A stretch of DNA of 64,000 nucleotides from Nitrosopumilus sp. (GTDB lineage: Archaea > Thermoproteota > Nitrososphaeria > Nitrososphaerales > Nitrosopumilaceae): NCBI GenBank assembly GCA_965205215.1, contig OZ242041.1, positions 1,984,001-2,048,000 of the forward strand, in the 5' to 3' direction. The notes under the pieces are model-generated. The model was not told the origin of the DNA. It ran no database searches and saw only the letters and a program-made list of their open reading frames with translations. Of the stretch, positions 51,669 to 61,089 are shown piece by piece. How positions within the stretch are numbered: position 1 is the stretch's first letter; each line of letters starts with the position of its first letter. The translations under genes were made by a program, and so were the position numbers.

Positions 51669-51818
51669 TGGGGCCGACCGGAATCGAACCGGCGACCTAC
51701 GGGTCACTACAGCTCCAAACTTACATCATCCGTGAGTCAGTTTGCTTAGTTTACCTCTGGAGCCCTTAGCGGTGATCTGTGTAGATACTGTCGCCCTACC
51801 AGGCTAGGCTACGACCCC
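51669..51818 (-). tRNA. trnW: tRNA-Trp(CCA) with two introns
   Basis: Acceptor GGGGTCG/CGGCCCC, T-arm GCCGG-TTCGATT-CCGGT; anticodon arm ACGGG-CTCCAGA-CCCGT is restored by removing inserts of about 24 and 52 nt. Confidence 0.9.
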
Positions 51819-51989
51819 ACAATACTGCGTCTGCATGCTTGAATTTTAAGCTATATGAGGCAGCAGTATGATCCAGGCCCATTGAAGGTTCATGCCCGTC
51901 GTCCTGCGTCCTAAGGCATCACAGGAGACCGTGCCATGCCCCAAAGCGCTTGGAATCAAACTTATTTGACGACACGGCGTACATACCGC

Positions 51990-52532
51990 ATGGTAAGGCC
52001 GTTCTATCTGGCTCTGGGCGCCATTCCAGTCGTCATGGCGCTCCTCATCTCGGTGCCCCTCCTGACCAAAAACGAGATACCCGTGTCAGCAGCACACTCC
52101 TTTGACACGATAGACATCGAGTATACAAAGCACCAGCTCAAAAAGGTCTCGCACGGCATAACGGAGCGGGTGGGCTCGCAGTACACGGAGATTCTGGTCA
52201 TAAAGAACGACGGCGAGGTGAGGTATACAGTCTCCGACCAGGGGTACCTCAGGCCCGACATAAAGTCCGAGCTTGACGACGCAAAGCTTGCAAAGATCAG
52301 GGCCCTCATAAAGGAGACGGGGTTCATCTCCATCCCGTCGGAGTCGTTTCCGGTGTTTGAGAACGCGACCGAATACCAAAAGTCAAACGTAAAGGTGACG
52401 CTCAACGGCAGGACCAACCAGCTCCACTGGCCGGAGCAGAACGTCACGTCCGGATTCATACCGCCCATAATCACGATGGTGGAGTCGGAGCTCGACGGGA
52501 TCATAGAGGACCTGCAGAAGCGGCAGCCGTGA
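51990..52532 (+). CDS. Membrane-anchored hypothetical protein
   Basis: N-terminal TM followed by a soluble domain; start approximate. Confidence 0.7.
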   Translation: MVRPFYLALGAIPVVMALLISVPLLTKNEIPVSAAHSFDTIDIEYTKHQLKKVSHGITERVGSQYTEILVIKNDGEVRYTVSDQGYLRPDIKSELDDAKLAKIRALIKETGFISIPSESFPVFENATEYQKSNVKVTLNGRTNQLHWPEQNVTSGFIPPIITMVESELDGIIEDLQKRQP

Positions 52533-52637
52533 CGACGATTGCGACAACTGGGGGGAGGGCCGCGTTGGAACTCGCATCCTTACACCATAACCCGGGCCTG
52601 CTGGCTGCGGGCGCCTGTGGATTCTAGTGATGCCAGT

Positions 52638-52819
52638 CCGGTTTGGACGCAGACGCCGCACGAGGCGGACTCCCGCCGTGTCGTGACTGCACGCCCTGCC
52701 CTTGGGCACAAATCACAATCACCTGAATTCACGCGCTGGCAAGAAACGAACCGGATCTCAGAGATGGTAGGGGAGTCGGGCCATCACCCGACAATACACA
52801 GAAACCTGAGAGCGAGTAG
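52638..52819. repeat. Diverged direct repeat of about 180 bp, left copy
   Basis: Shares TTGGACGCAG, GTGACTGCACGCCCTG, CTGGCAAGA and CGGATCTCA with 53663-53839. Confidence 0.85.
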
Positions 52820-52849
52820 CTTGGAAACACACTCTCAACTACTAATCTT

Positions 52850-53482
52850 TCAGGAATCGCCTCGATTGCGCATGTTGTCTATAGCTTTGGCGCTGTCAGT
52901 GAGGGTGCGTGCCAGAAACTGGGCGATGTCTGTAATTTCTGCTTCATAGTCAGGATGAAAATCTACGGCAAACCAGTCATCAAGGGCGCGTTTGGCATGG
53001 ACCTCCCCAAGATTCTCTAAATCATGCACAGGCTTGATAACGTATTCTTCCATTTTTTCTATGTATGATTCCTTGTCGGTCGCAGTACGCTCCTCCAACC
53101 AGATGGCGACTCGATCAATCAGCGCGTCGACTTCGCCCTCCGTGCCTCCTTCCTCCCTTGCAACATCCACAAGAAACCTTACCGTGTCAAGTGGAAGCAC
53201 CAGATAATGCCCATTTTTCTGCAAAAAAAACGCGACAAGTATGGCAGTCCGTTTGTTGCCGTCCGGAAACGGGTGTAGGCGCGTTATGCCCTCCAGATAG
53301 CACGCCGCCTTCCTGTAGATGGTGTCATATTTCACGCGTCCGTACAGTTGCATGTGTGGCTTTTCCGCTATCGCCTTGATCTTGCCCTCGTCAATCTTTC
53401 CTTCCGTTATGCCGTGCGGAAACTGCTATCGAACCACTTCGTGCAACGCCACAAGGCCCTGCTCTGTTATTTCCCTGTACAT
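52850..53482 (-). pseudogene. doc: Doc/Fic toxin with a premature TAG at codon 19
   Basis: HPFPDGNKRTA; frame MYREITEQGLVALHEVVR*QFPHG..., stop at 53426-53428. Confidence 0.8.
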
Positions 53483-53589
53483 CAGATTTCGGACAGTCGC
53501 TGAAAGACAGCCCTGTTTTCGTTTATCACCTTTTCTGCGATGGACTTTAGTTCCTTTATCTCTTCATCCTCACTCTGCTCGGTGGCCAT
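53482..53589 (-). CDS. 35-aa putative Doc antitoxin
   Basis: MATEQSEDEEIKELKSIAEKVINENRAVFQRLSEI; TGATG coupling to doc; not in the ORF track. Confidence 0.7.
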   Translation of the reverse strand: MATEQSEDEEIKELKSIAEKVINENRAVFQRLSEI

Positions 53590-53662
53590 TGTTTTGGATA
53601 AGACATCTTCGTTATTAAAATTAACTAAGGTCGGTTCCTGTGCGTTGCCGGATAAGAAGGAT

Positions 53663-53839
53663 CCGGCTTGGACGCAGGCGCCTCAGGAGGCAGATTTCCG
53701 CCGCGCCGTGACTGCACGCCCTGTCTTTGGGCACGGATTATAGCCACTTGGATTCGCGTGCTGGCAAGAGGCGGATCGGATCTCATAGACAGGGTTGGAG
53801 CCACCGCCGGATAACGCACGGGAACCGGCGGGCAAATAG
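53663..53839. repeat. Diverged direct repeat of about 180 bp, right copy
   Basis: See left copy; mismatches are mostly transitions. Confidence 0.85.
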
Positions 53840-53869
53840 ATAAAATAGCCCGAGGCGTCGATCCCACGT

Positions 53870-54838
53870 ATGATATCACTATCGGGGCAGCGCGGTGACG
53901 CGGCCGGGGTCGTGCGCGACAAGTCCGGCTCTACGGACTCCATGCGGGGCACCGCCAGGCTGAAGCGCGGGTTCGCGCACATGCTCAAAAACGGGGTCGT
54001 CATGGACGTGACCAATGCGGAGCAGGCCAGAATAGCGGAGGAGGCGGGCGCCGTGTCGGTCATGGTGCTTGACAAGCTGCCCTCCGACGTCAGGCGCGCA
54101 GGCGGGGTCGCCCGCACGGCGAGCATCAAGGTCATAGAGGAGATCATGGACTCTGTTACGATACCCGTAATGGCAAAGTGCCGGATAGGGCACGTGGCCG
54201 AGGCCCGGGTGCTGGCATCCTGCAACGTCGACATGGTCGACGAGTCCGAGGTGCTCACGCCCGCCGACGAGTCACACCACATATGGAAGTGGGACTTTAC
54301 CACGCCGTTTGTAAACGGGGCGCGATCGCTTGCCGAGGCCCTCAGGCGCATAGAGGAGGGCGCTGCCATGATACGCACAAAGGGCGAGCCGGGAACCGGC
54401 AACGTGGCCGAGGCCGTCACGCACATCAAAAAGCTCAACGACGAGATGCGCGTCATAAGGGCGGTCAGGGACTCCGGGGATAAACAGGACATGATAAGGC
54501 TGGCCAGGGAGTTCCGCGTCTCGTACGACATGCTGGACCAGACTGCAAAGCTGGGAAGGCTGCCGGTCGTAAACTTTGCGGCCGGCGGCATCGCCACACC
54601 CGCGGACACGGCATACCTGATGTCGCTTGGATGCGACGGGATATTCGTCGGGTCCGGCATATTCAGTTCCGATGACGCGGCCGAGCGGGCGCGGTCCATA
54701 GTCATGGCGACCACGTACTGGGACGATCCCGACGTGGTGTGCGAGGCGCAGAAGATGATCGACGAGAGGCAGTCCATGCTGGGACTGGACGTAAAGACGC
54801 TTGACTTGCGCATGCAGGAGAGGGGGGCGTCGGCATGA
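53870..54838 (+). CDS. pdxS: PLP synthase subunit PdxS
   Basis: [39 protein letters not shown]. Confidence 0.97.
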   Translation: MISLSGQRGDAAGVVRDKSGSTDSMRGTARLKRGFAHMLKNGVVMDVTNAEQARIAEEAGAVSVMVLDKLPSDVRRAGGVARTASIKVIEEIMDSVTIPVMAKCRIGHVAEARVLASCNVDMVDESEVLTPADESHHIWKWDFTTPFVNGARSLAEALRRIEEGAAMIRTKGEPGTGNVAEAVTHIKKLNDEMRVIRAVRDSGDKQDMIRLAREFRVSYDMLDQTAKLGRLPVVNFAAGGIATPADTAYLMSLGCDGIFVGSGIFSSDDAAERARSIVMATTYWDDPDVVCEAQKMIDERQSMLGLDVKTLDLRMQERGASA

Positions 54839-55596
54839 GCGACGGCGGCGGCGGCAGTAGCAGTGGTAGCGGCAACAGAAAAGGCGTCCGCATAGGGGTG
54901 CTTTCTATACAGGGCGACGTGGCAGAGAACGTGGCCGCCATATCAAGCGCGCTAAAGGCGCCGCGCGGCTTTGAGGACGACGCCGTGCTGCAGGTAAAGA
55001 CCGCCGGCGAGATAGCAGGGCTGGACGGACTCGTGATTCCGGGAGGCGAGAGCACCACAATCGGCAGGCTCTCCGCTGCAGGCGGCGTGCTTGACGCCAT
55101 ACGGGAAAGGGTCAACGGCGACGGCATGCCGGTCCTGGGCATATGCGCGGGACTGATCCTGCTTGCAAGATCAGCCGACGACCGGACGGTCGGAAGGCTC
55201 GACGGGCAGCCGCTCCTGGGGGTGCTCGACGTCGAGGTGCAGCGCAACGCCTTCGGGCGCCAGCGCCAGTCCTTTGAGGCCAAGCTGGACATCAGGCCGC
55301 TTGCGATATCAAACTTCAAGGGCGTCTTTATCCGGGCCCCCGTCGTGTGCGGGACGGGGCCTGACGTGGAGGCGCTCTGCGAGCTGCCGCCTAGCGCGGG
55401 CGACGGCGGTGGGGATGGCGAGAATAATGATAGTGGCGATACGGCCCCCGATGCCGGCGGCAACAGCCCGCGGCGCAGGATAGTAGCGGTCCGCAAGGGC
55501 GACATAATCGGCACGGCGTTCCACCCCGAGCTGTCCGGCGACCTTGCCGTGCACAAGTACTTTGTGGACGCGGTGCGGCGCAAAAGGCGCGGTTAA
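54835..55596 (+). CDS. pdxT: PLP synthase glutaminase PdxT
   Basis: PGGESTT, GICAG, RNAFGRQ, FIRAP, FHPEL. Confidence 0.96.
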   Translation: MSDGGGGSSSGSGNRKGVRIGVLSIQGDVAENVAAISSALKAPRGFEDDAVLQVKTAGEIAGLDGLVIPGGESTTIGRLSAAGGVLDAIRERVNGDGMPVLGICAGLILLARSADDRTVGRLDGQPLLGVLDVEVQRNAFGRQRQSFEAKLDIRPLAISNFKGVFIRAPVVCGTGPDVEALCELPPSAGDGGGDGENNDSGDTAPDAGGNSPRRRIVAVRKGDIIGTAFHPELSGDLAVHKYFVDAVRRKRRG

Positions 55597-58073
55597 CCAC
55601 TGTTTGTTATGTTGTGCATCGCCCTCAGGTCCCTCTCAAACGGCTTTAGGGCGTCCGGAATCTCCAATGCAATCCCGTCCTTTAGCGACAGGCTCTCGGA
55701 CTTTTTCCTGTTCCACACCATGGAGTTGAACTCTGTTATCGCCCTGGTGGTGGCGTCGTCACCGCCGTCGGGGCCGCCCGGTGCGGGCGCGCGGCCGGGC
55801 AGCGCCTCGAGGTGTATGCTCCTGCCGTCCGGCGCGGCGTACATCCTCTGCCACAAATACTCCGTGATGAACGGCGTGATGGGGGCAAGCAGCCTCAGTA
55901 TGGCCTGCAGCACGGCGTGGAGCGTCCGCACGGCCGCCCGCCGCTCCTCCTCGGAGAAGCCCATCCCGTACGCCCTCCCCTTCACCATCTCGATATAGTG
56001 CGCGGCAAACACGTTCCACGTAAACTCCCTGACCGCGATGGCGGGGGTGAAAAAGTTGTACTCCGAATACCCCCTGCGGCACCGCTCTACCAGCGCGTCA
56101 AGCTCCCCGAGTATCCACCGGTCCGTGTCCTGCAGGCTGTCGCGCGCCGGCTTGTCCTGCACCAGCAGGTCCGCGCCCTCGTCCCCCACGTCCGGGACCT
56201 CGAATGAGGACAGGAACCTGGAGACGTTCCACAGCTTGCTGAGGAACTTTTTTGCCGACTCTATCTTCTGCTCGCTGCACCTAAAGTCGTACCCGTGGTT
56301 CACCTCACTTGCGTTCCAGAACCGGAACGTGTCGGCCCCTAGCCTCTCTATCACAGGTAGAGGGTCTATCGCGTTGCCCTTGCTCTTGCTCATCTTCAGC
56401 CCATGCTCGTCAAGCCCGTACCCCATTATCCACGCCTCCGACCAGGGCGCCGTGCCGGTCATCTTGTCGCACCGCAGCAGCGTATAGTACAGCCAGGTCC
56501 TGACGATATCCTTTGCCTGGGGCCTGATGGAGGCCGGATACAGCCTCTCGAACCTGTCGTCCGCCCCGTCGCCGTCGTCGGCGGCGGCGCCCGCGTACCC
56601 GCATATGAACAGCGGCGATATGCTCGAGTCCATCCACGTGTCAAACGTGCGCTCCTCGCCGGCAAAGTCCGACGCCCCGCACTTGGGGCACTCCCGGGCG
56701 GGGCACTCCTCAGTCCAGGGCCTGTAGTACCTTCCGGGTTCCGGCACGTACGTGTCGCCGCACTTTTGGCAGCGCCATGCAGGAATCTCGGTGCCGTAGT
56801 AGCGGCGCCTCGATATGGGCCAGTCCATGCTTATGGACTCGAGCCAGTTGAACAGGACCTGCTTGTGCATGGGGGGATGGAAGGTTATCTTCTCTGCCAT
56901 CTCCCTGATCCTGTCCGTGTAGTCCATCTGCTTCATGTAGTACTCCTCCATCGGGATTATCTCTATGGGGTTCCTGCTCCTCTCCGCCACCGGGGTACGG
57001 TGCGTGATCTCCTCCACCCTGCTGATGATGTCTCCGGACCCTTGCATGTCCTCGATGATCTTGGCCCTCGCCTGTTTTGGCCTGAGGCCCGCGTAGGGGC
57101 CCGCGGCGTCGGCCATGCGGCCGTCGAGGCCGATGGCGGCCACCTCCTCGAGCCCCAGCTCCCGGAACAGCGCCACGTCGTTCTGGTCGCCATAGCTGCA
57201 CACCATCACGGCGCCCGACCCGAACTCGGCCCTTGCCGAGTGGTGCTCCAGTATGGGCACCTTCTGGTTCGTAACGGGCACCGTAACGGTCCGGCCCGCG
57301 CATCCCGAGTACCTCTCGTCGTCGGCGTTCACTATCACGGCCCTGCAGGCGCACAGCAGCTCGGGCCTGGTGCTCGCGACTATGATGTGGTCTTCTCCGT
57401 CCTCCCGCGGGGCCTCGAGTTTGAACCTCATGTGCACGAGCTTTGCGGGCATCTCGACGTACGCGATCTCCGCGTCCGCTATGGTGGTGCCGGACACCCA
57501 GTCGTAGTTGTTGGGCCTGTTTGCCAGGTAGACGTCCCCGTTGCGCCACATTTTGATGAACGTGGCCTGCGTGAGCGCCCTGTACTGGGGCGTGTCGGTG
57601 CGGTACCTGTTGGACGTGTCGCCGCTGAGCCCCAGCCCGTCCATTATCTGGACCATCTCGGCCTCCAGCTCGTCAAGCGAGTCGCTGCACATCTCCAGGA
57701 ACTTGGTGCGGCCAGTCTCCCGCATCCGGATGTTGTGCTTTTTCTCCGTGTATATCTCGACTGGCAGCCCGTTTCGGTCTATCCCTATTGGAAAGTAGAC
57801 GTTCTTGCCGGACATGCGGGCGGTGCGGGCTATCATGTCTATCTGCGAATAGTGGGCCGCGGCCCCGATGTGCCAGGGCCTGCCCGACGGGTACGGGGGC
57901 GGCGTGTCGATAGTATAGTTGCGGCCCTTCTCCTGCAGGGTGAACCTGTAGGTGTCCTCTTGCTGCCACTTTCTTCGTATCTCCGACTCGAGCCCCGGGT
58001 TCCAGGCCTTTTCTGTTATTGCGGGGGCCCTCCTGCCGTTGTCGCCCCCGTCGCCGTCACTGCCTCCGCTCAT
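55593..58073 (-). CDS. valS: Valine--tRNA ligase
   Basis: IDTPPPY..HIGA, WPISRRRYYG, DTWMDSS, KMSKS. Confidence 0.95.
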   Translation of the reverse strand: MSGGSDGDGGDNGRRAPAITEKAWNPGLESEIRRKWQQEDTYRFTLQEKGRNYTIDTPPPYPSGRPWHIGAAAHYSQIDMIARTARMSGKNVYFPIGIDRNGLPVEIYTEKKHNIRMRETGRTKFLEMCSDSLDELEAEMVQIMDGLGLSGDTSNRYRTDTPQYRALTQATFIKMWRNGDVYLANRPNNYDWVSGTTIADAEIAYVEMPAKLVHMRFKLEAPREDGEDHIIVASTRPELLCACRAVIVNADDERYSGCAGRTVTVPVTNQKVPILEHHSARAEFGSGAVMVCSYGDQNDVALFRELGLEEVAAIGLDGRMADAAGPYAGLRPKQARAKIIEDMQGSGDIISRVEEITHRTPVAERSRNPIEIIPMEEYYMKQMDYTDRIREMAEKITFHPPMHKQVLFNWLESISMDWPISRRRYYGTEIPAWRCQKCGDTYVPEPGRYYRPWTEECPARECPKCGASDFAGEERTFDTWMDSSISPLFICGYAGAAADDGDGADDRFERLYPASIRPQAKDIVRTWLYYTLLRCDKMTGTAPWSEAWIMGYGLDEHGLKMSKSKGNAIDPLPVIERLGADTFRFWNASEVNHGYDFRCSEQKIESAKKFLSKLWNVSRFLSSFEVPDVGDEGADLLVQDKPARDSLQDTDRWILGELDALVERCRRGYSEYNFFTPAIAVREFTWNVFAAHYIEMVKGRAYGMGFSEEERRAAVRTLHAVLQAILRLLAPITPFITEYLWQRMYAAPDGRSIHLEALPGRAPAPGGPDGGDDATTRAITEFNSMVWNRKKSESLSLKDGIALEIPDALKPFERDLRAMHNITNSG

Positions 58074-58999
58074 TGCGCAATGTCCCTGATCTTTGTTATG
58101 ATGTGGGAGCCCTTGTTGTATCCCTCGTATATGTAGACGCCGACTGCCTCCACGTTTGGCGGCATCTTTGGCGCAAGCAGCCTGATCAGCTCCGTCGCCA
58201 GGTTCTCCACGGTCGCCTCGCCCTGTAACAGGTACGTCGTGTCCTTTGGCACCTGCAGGTCGAACCTGCCCCGCGGGCCGTCGAACCTTATCGTATAGTG
58301 TGCGTCGTCCCGCCCCGCCACGTACCTCTCGTTTATGAAGAACTTGTGGTCAAACACGGACACCGCCTCCCTTATGATCTCCTTTGCCACCCCAAAGTCA
58401 ACCAGCAGGTTGTCCTTCATCTGCCCGACCAGCTCGACCATCACAGACGACGTGTGGCCGTGCAGTATTGAGCACTTTTCGACGAGTGGCAGTATGTGGG
58501 CATAGTCAAACGAGAACGAGGGATCCTCCAGGAATATGGAGCCCGTCTGGGGCGCCTTGTTGTCATAGCATATGATGTCGCCAATCTCGCTTATGCGCGC
58601 CACGTTCCTGGCCCCCCCTATTGCCATGATCCGCGTGCCGGACGACGCAGTCGAGGGGTGGGATCTCACCATCTCATACTTGGCAAGATCGTCCTCGCCG
58701 TCTACCACCTCTATGAGGCCTTTGTCGGTCTTAAAGTCGATACGTACCGTCCGGCCCTTGCCGTCGCCCAAGTCCATGGCGTGCCCGTACTCGTACGCGA
58801 TGCCGAGAAAGTCCAGCATCTGGGACACGGCAAGCTCCGTCCTGCTCTTCATCATGTTCCCCTTCCCGTCCACGTACACAAAGTCCGAGTCGAGTATCTG
58901 GGACTGGTCGGCGGGGGGCGGCCGCGACGGGCGCGTTGACGGCGGAGATGCCGGCGATGGTGCGGCAGACGGCGTCGAGTCCATAATACCGTGCCCCAC
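58070..58999 (-). CDS. 6-pyruvoyl-tetrahydropterin synthase (QueD-like) with N-terminal extra domain
   Basis: AH..P...C..LHGH, DFG, FDHK, TVENL. Confidence 0.85.
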   Translation of the reverse strand: MGHGIMDSTPSAAPSPASPPSTRPSRPPPADQSQILDSDFVYVDGKGNMMKSRTELAVSQMLDFLGIAYEYGHAMDLGDGKGRTVRIDFKTDKGLIEVVDGEDDLAKYEMVRSHPSTASSGTRIMAIGGARNVARISEIGDIICYDNKAPQTGSIFLEDPSFSFDYAHILPLVEKCSILHGHTSSVMVELVGQMKDNLLVDFGVAKEIIREAVSVFDHKFFINERYVAGRDDAHYTIRFDGPRGRFDLQVPKDTTYLLQGEATVENLATELIRLLAPKMPPNVEAVGVYIYEGYNKGSHIITKIRDIAQ

Positions 59000-59184
59000 A
59001 CGAGTTCGTTATAAATTCTATAAACGGGCGGCTCTCAAAGCCGCGGCGCAACAGGTCGTCCCCTCCCCAAACCGGACTGCCTAGATCCGTCTTACCGGCA
59101 TCAGGATTCCAGAGTCCATGCGTGGGGTGCAAGAGAGTGTGAGGGTGGAGCAAACAGCTACATGGAGCTGGAGAGCAGTCCGGC

Positions 59185-59469
59185 CTATGCAATCAGCGAG
59201 TCAAGCACCCTTGCCAGGTTGATGTCGTTTGACGTGATGCCCCCCGCGTCGTGGGTGGTCAGGTCTATGGTCAGCCTGTTGTACACGTTGAGCCATTCGG
59301 GATGGTGGTTTGCCTTTTCGATCTCCATTGCGGCCCTCGTCATGAATCCGAACGCGGCGTTGAACGTGTCAAACAGGTATTCCTTGTGGAGTTTGCCGTT
59401 GACGACCTCCCATCCGGCCATGCCGCTTGTCGCATTCATTATCTCTTCTTCGGACAGCACGGCAGGCAT
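59185..59469 (-). CDS. phhB: Pterin-4a-carbinolamine dehydratase
   Basis: NHHPEW.NVYN, LTTHDAGG. Confidence 0.95.
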   Translation of the reverse strand: MPAVLSEEEIMNATSGMAGWEVVNGKLHKEYLFDTFNAAFGFMTRAAMEIEKANHHPEWLNVYNRLTIDLTTHDAGGITSNDINLARVLDSLIA

Positions 59470-59642
59470 GACATCCAGTGCCGCATGACAGTTAAATGGA
59501 TTGCGGATGCACGTTTCTATGCGGATTCATAATCTCGAACCCTCAAACCAATCCCGCAAATAGTATGACGCCAATCGACCGTGTTTTCCAGAGGCTGCTC
59601 CGCTCAATCTTATATACTGCCATATACAAGGATATGCACAAC

Positions 59643-59873
59643 ATGACTGCAACCACTGTGAGGATCGACGCCGAGACAAAAGCGCTAATCTCAGATAGAA
59701 AGAACCACCCCCGGGAGTCATTGGAGGATGTCATAAAAAGAATGATAGCAGTCTATGACATGGATCGCCACTTGAGTGACGACGAGCTTAAAGCGGTCGA
59801 ACTGGGAATGCGAGACGTTCGGACGGGGAGAACCATATCCGGTGCGGATCTGAGGAAAAAATTAGGGCTGTGA
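59643..59873 (+). CDS. Antitoxin (RHH-like)
   Basis: TTVRID..TK...K.HPRES.EDVI.R, C-terminal LRKKLGL; TTATATA about 30 bp upstream. Confidence 0.8.
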   Translation: MTATTVRIDAETKALISDRKNHPRESLEDVIKRMIAVYDMDRHLSDDELKAVELGMRDVRTGRTISGADLRKKLGL

Positions 59874-59877
59874 CGCA

Positions 59878-60150
59878 TTGGCATGGGATGTCGTTTATAC
59901 CAAACAAGCTGCAAACAGTCTGGGAAGAATAGCCAAAAGTGACAAAAAAATGGCAGCCCGCATAATGGACCGCATCGACGAGGTTGCAAAACAGGATCCA
60001 TACGCGTCTACGATGCGCCTATCCGGGGTGCCATTACACAGGCTGCGCGTGGGGGATTACAGAGCAATACTGGATTTACAAAATGGATTGATGAGAGTTT
60101 ATGTGATAATGGTCGACAAGCGAGCACGATCCTATAGAGAACTCCGATGA
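59878..60150 (+). CDS. relE: RelE/ParE toxin
   Basis: RLRVGDYRAI, KR..SY. Confidence 0.9.
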   Translation: MAWDVVYTKQAANSLGRIAKSDKKMAARIMDRIDEVAKQDPYASTMRLSGVPLHRLRVGDYRAILDLQNGLMRVYVIMVDKRARSYRELR

Positions 60151-60156
60151 CGGGCG

Positions 60157-61089
60157 ATGATCAAGGCGATGGACGAGGCATGCCGTACGATACTTGACAC
60201 CATGCAGCTCTCAATACGCGACGCCCTGGGCGAACCAAGCGCGGGCGGCCGCATAGGCGTCGCCTTTTCAGGCGGGGTCGACAGCACGCTACTTGCAACC
60301 GTGTGCGACGCGATGGGATACGACATCGCGCTCCTGACCGTCGGGTTTGAAGGGTCACATGACATGGAGTTTGCCCGCGTCGTCGCGTCGGAGATGCCGC
60401 ACATGAGGGAGCGCCACCGCACGCTGACTATCGGAGACACGCCAGACTTTGCCGACGCATACGAGTCGGTGCGAGACGTGATACGCACGGACGACCTCTC
60501 ATGGATAGAGAACTCTGTGGCCTTTTACCACATATTCCGCCTAGCGCGCACCATACCGGTTGACGTCGTGCTGACGGCAAACGGGATCGACGAGCTGTTC
60601 TGCGGGTATGACGCGTACAGGCGCGCGCTGCACGAACGTAGCAATGGCGGTGACAATGCTGCAGGTGACGCTGCTGCAGGTGACGGCCGCAGCCCTCCTG
60701 CAGATACCAATACGGATTACGCCGTCACGGCTACATACAGCCCCGCCCAAACCGGCAGCAACGTCGAGGACGTCATTTATGAAATAATGCGCCAAAAGCT
60801 GGACAACGAGCTGCGCATGATGCGCGCGATCGACAAGGTGGCGTCCCTGTGCGGCGTGTCCGTGCTCCAGCCGCTCCTAAGCAAAGGGTTCTGCAGGGCC
60901 GCATACGGCATACCGCTCCCCGAGAAGATACGTGGGCCCTTCGACATGTACCGCAAGCACGTGATAAGGCGTCTTGCCGGCGCAGTGGGTGTGCCCCGCA
61001 CGTCATACCAAAAGAGGAAAAAGGCCATGCAGTACGGATCCGGGATCCACAAGGCCGTCCTCAGGATCAGAAAGAGGCCCGCCGCCTGA
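60157..61089 (+). CDS. Asparagine synthase C-terminal-like protein
   Basis: FSGGVDS, DELFCGY, KKAMQYGSG. Confidence 0.85.
   Translation: MIKAMDEACRTILDTMQLSIRDALGEPSAGGRIGVAFSGGVDSTLLATVCDAMGYDIALLTVGFEGSHDMEFARVVASEMPHMRERHRTLTIGDTPDFADAYESVRDVIRTDDLSWIENSVAFYHIFRLARTIPVDVVLTANGIDELFCGYDAYRRALHERSNGGDNAAGDAAAGDGRSPPADTNTDYAVTATYSPAQTGSNVEDVIYEIMRQKLDNELRMMRAIDKVASLCGVSVLQPLLSKGFCRAAYGIPLPEKIRGPFDMYRKHVIRRLAGAVGVPRTSYQKRKKAMQYGSGIHKAVLRIRKRPAA

Noticed and set aside
11699-53428. Amber readthrough or recoding suggested by two in-frame TAGs (11699 and 53426)
   Set aside because: Many intact genes here end in TAG and no pyl genes are seen; simple nonsense mutations in accessory genes suffice
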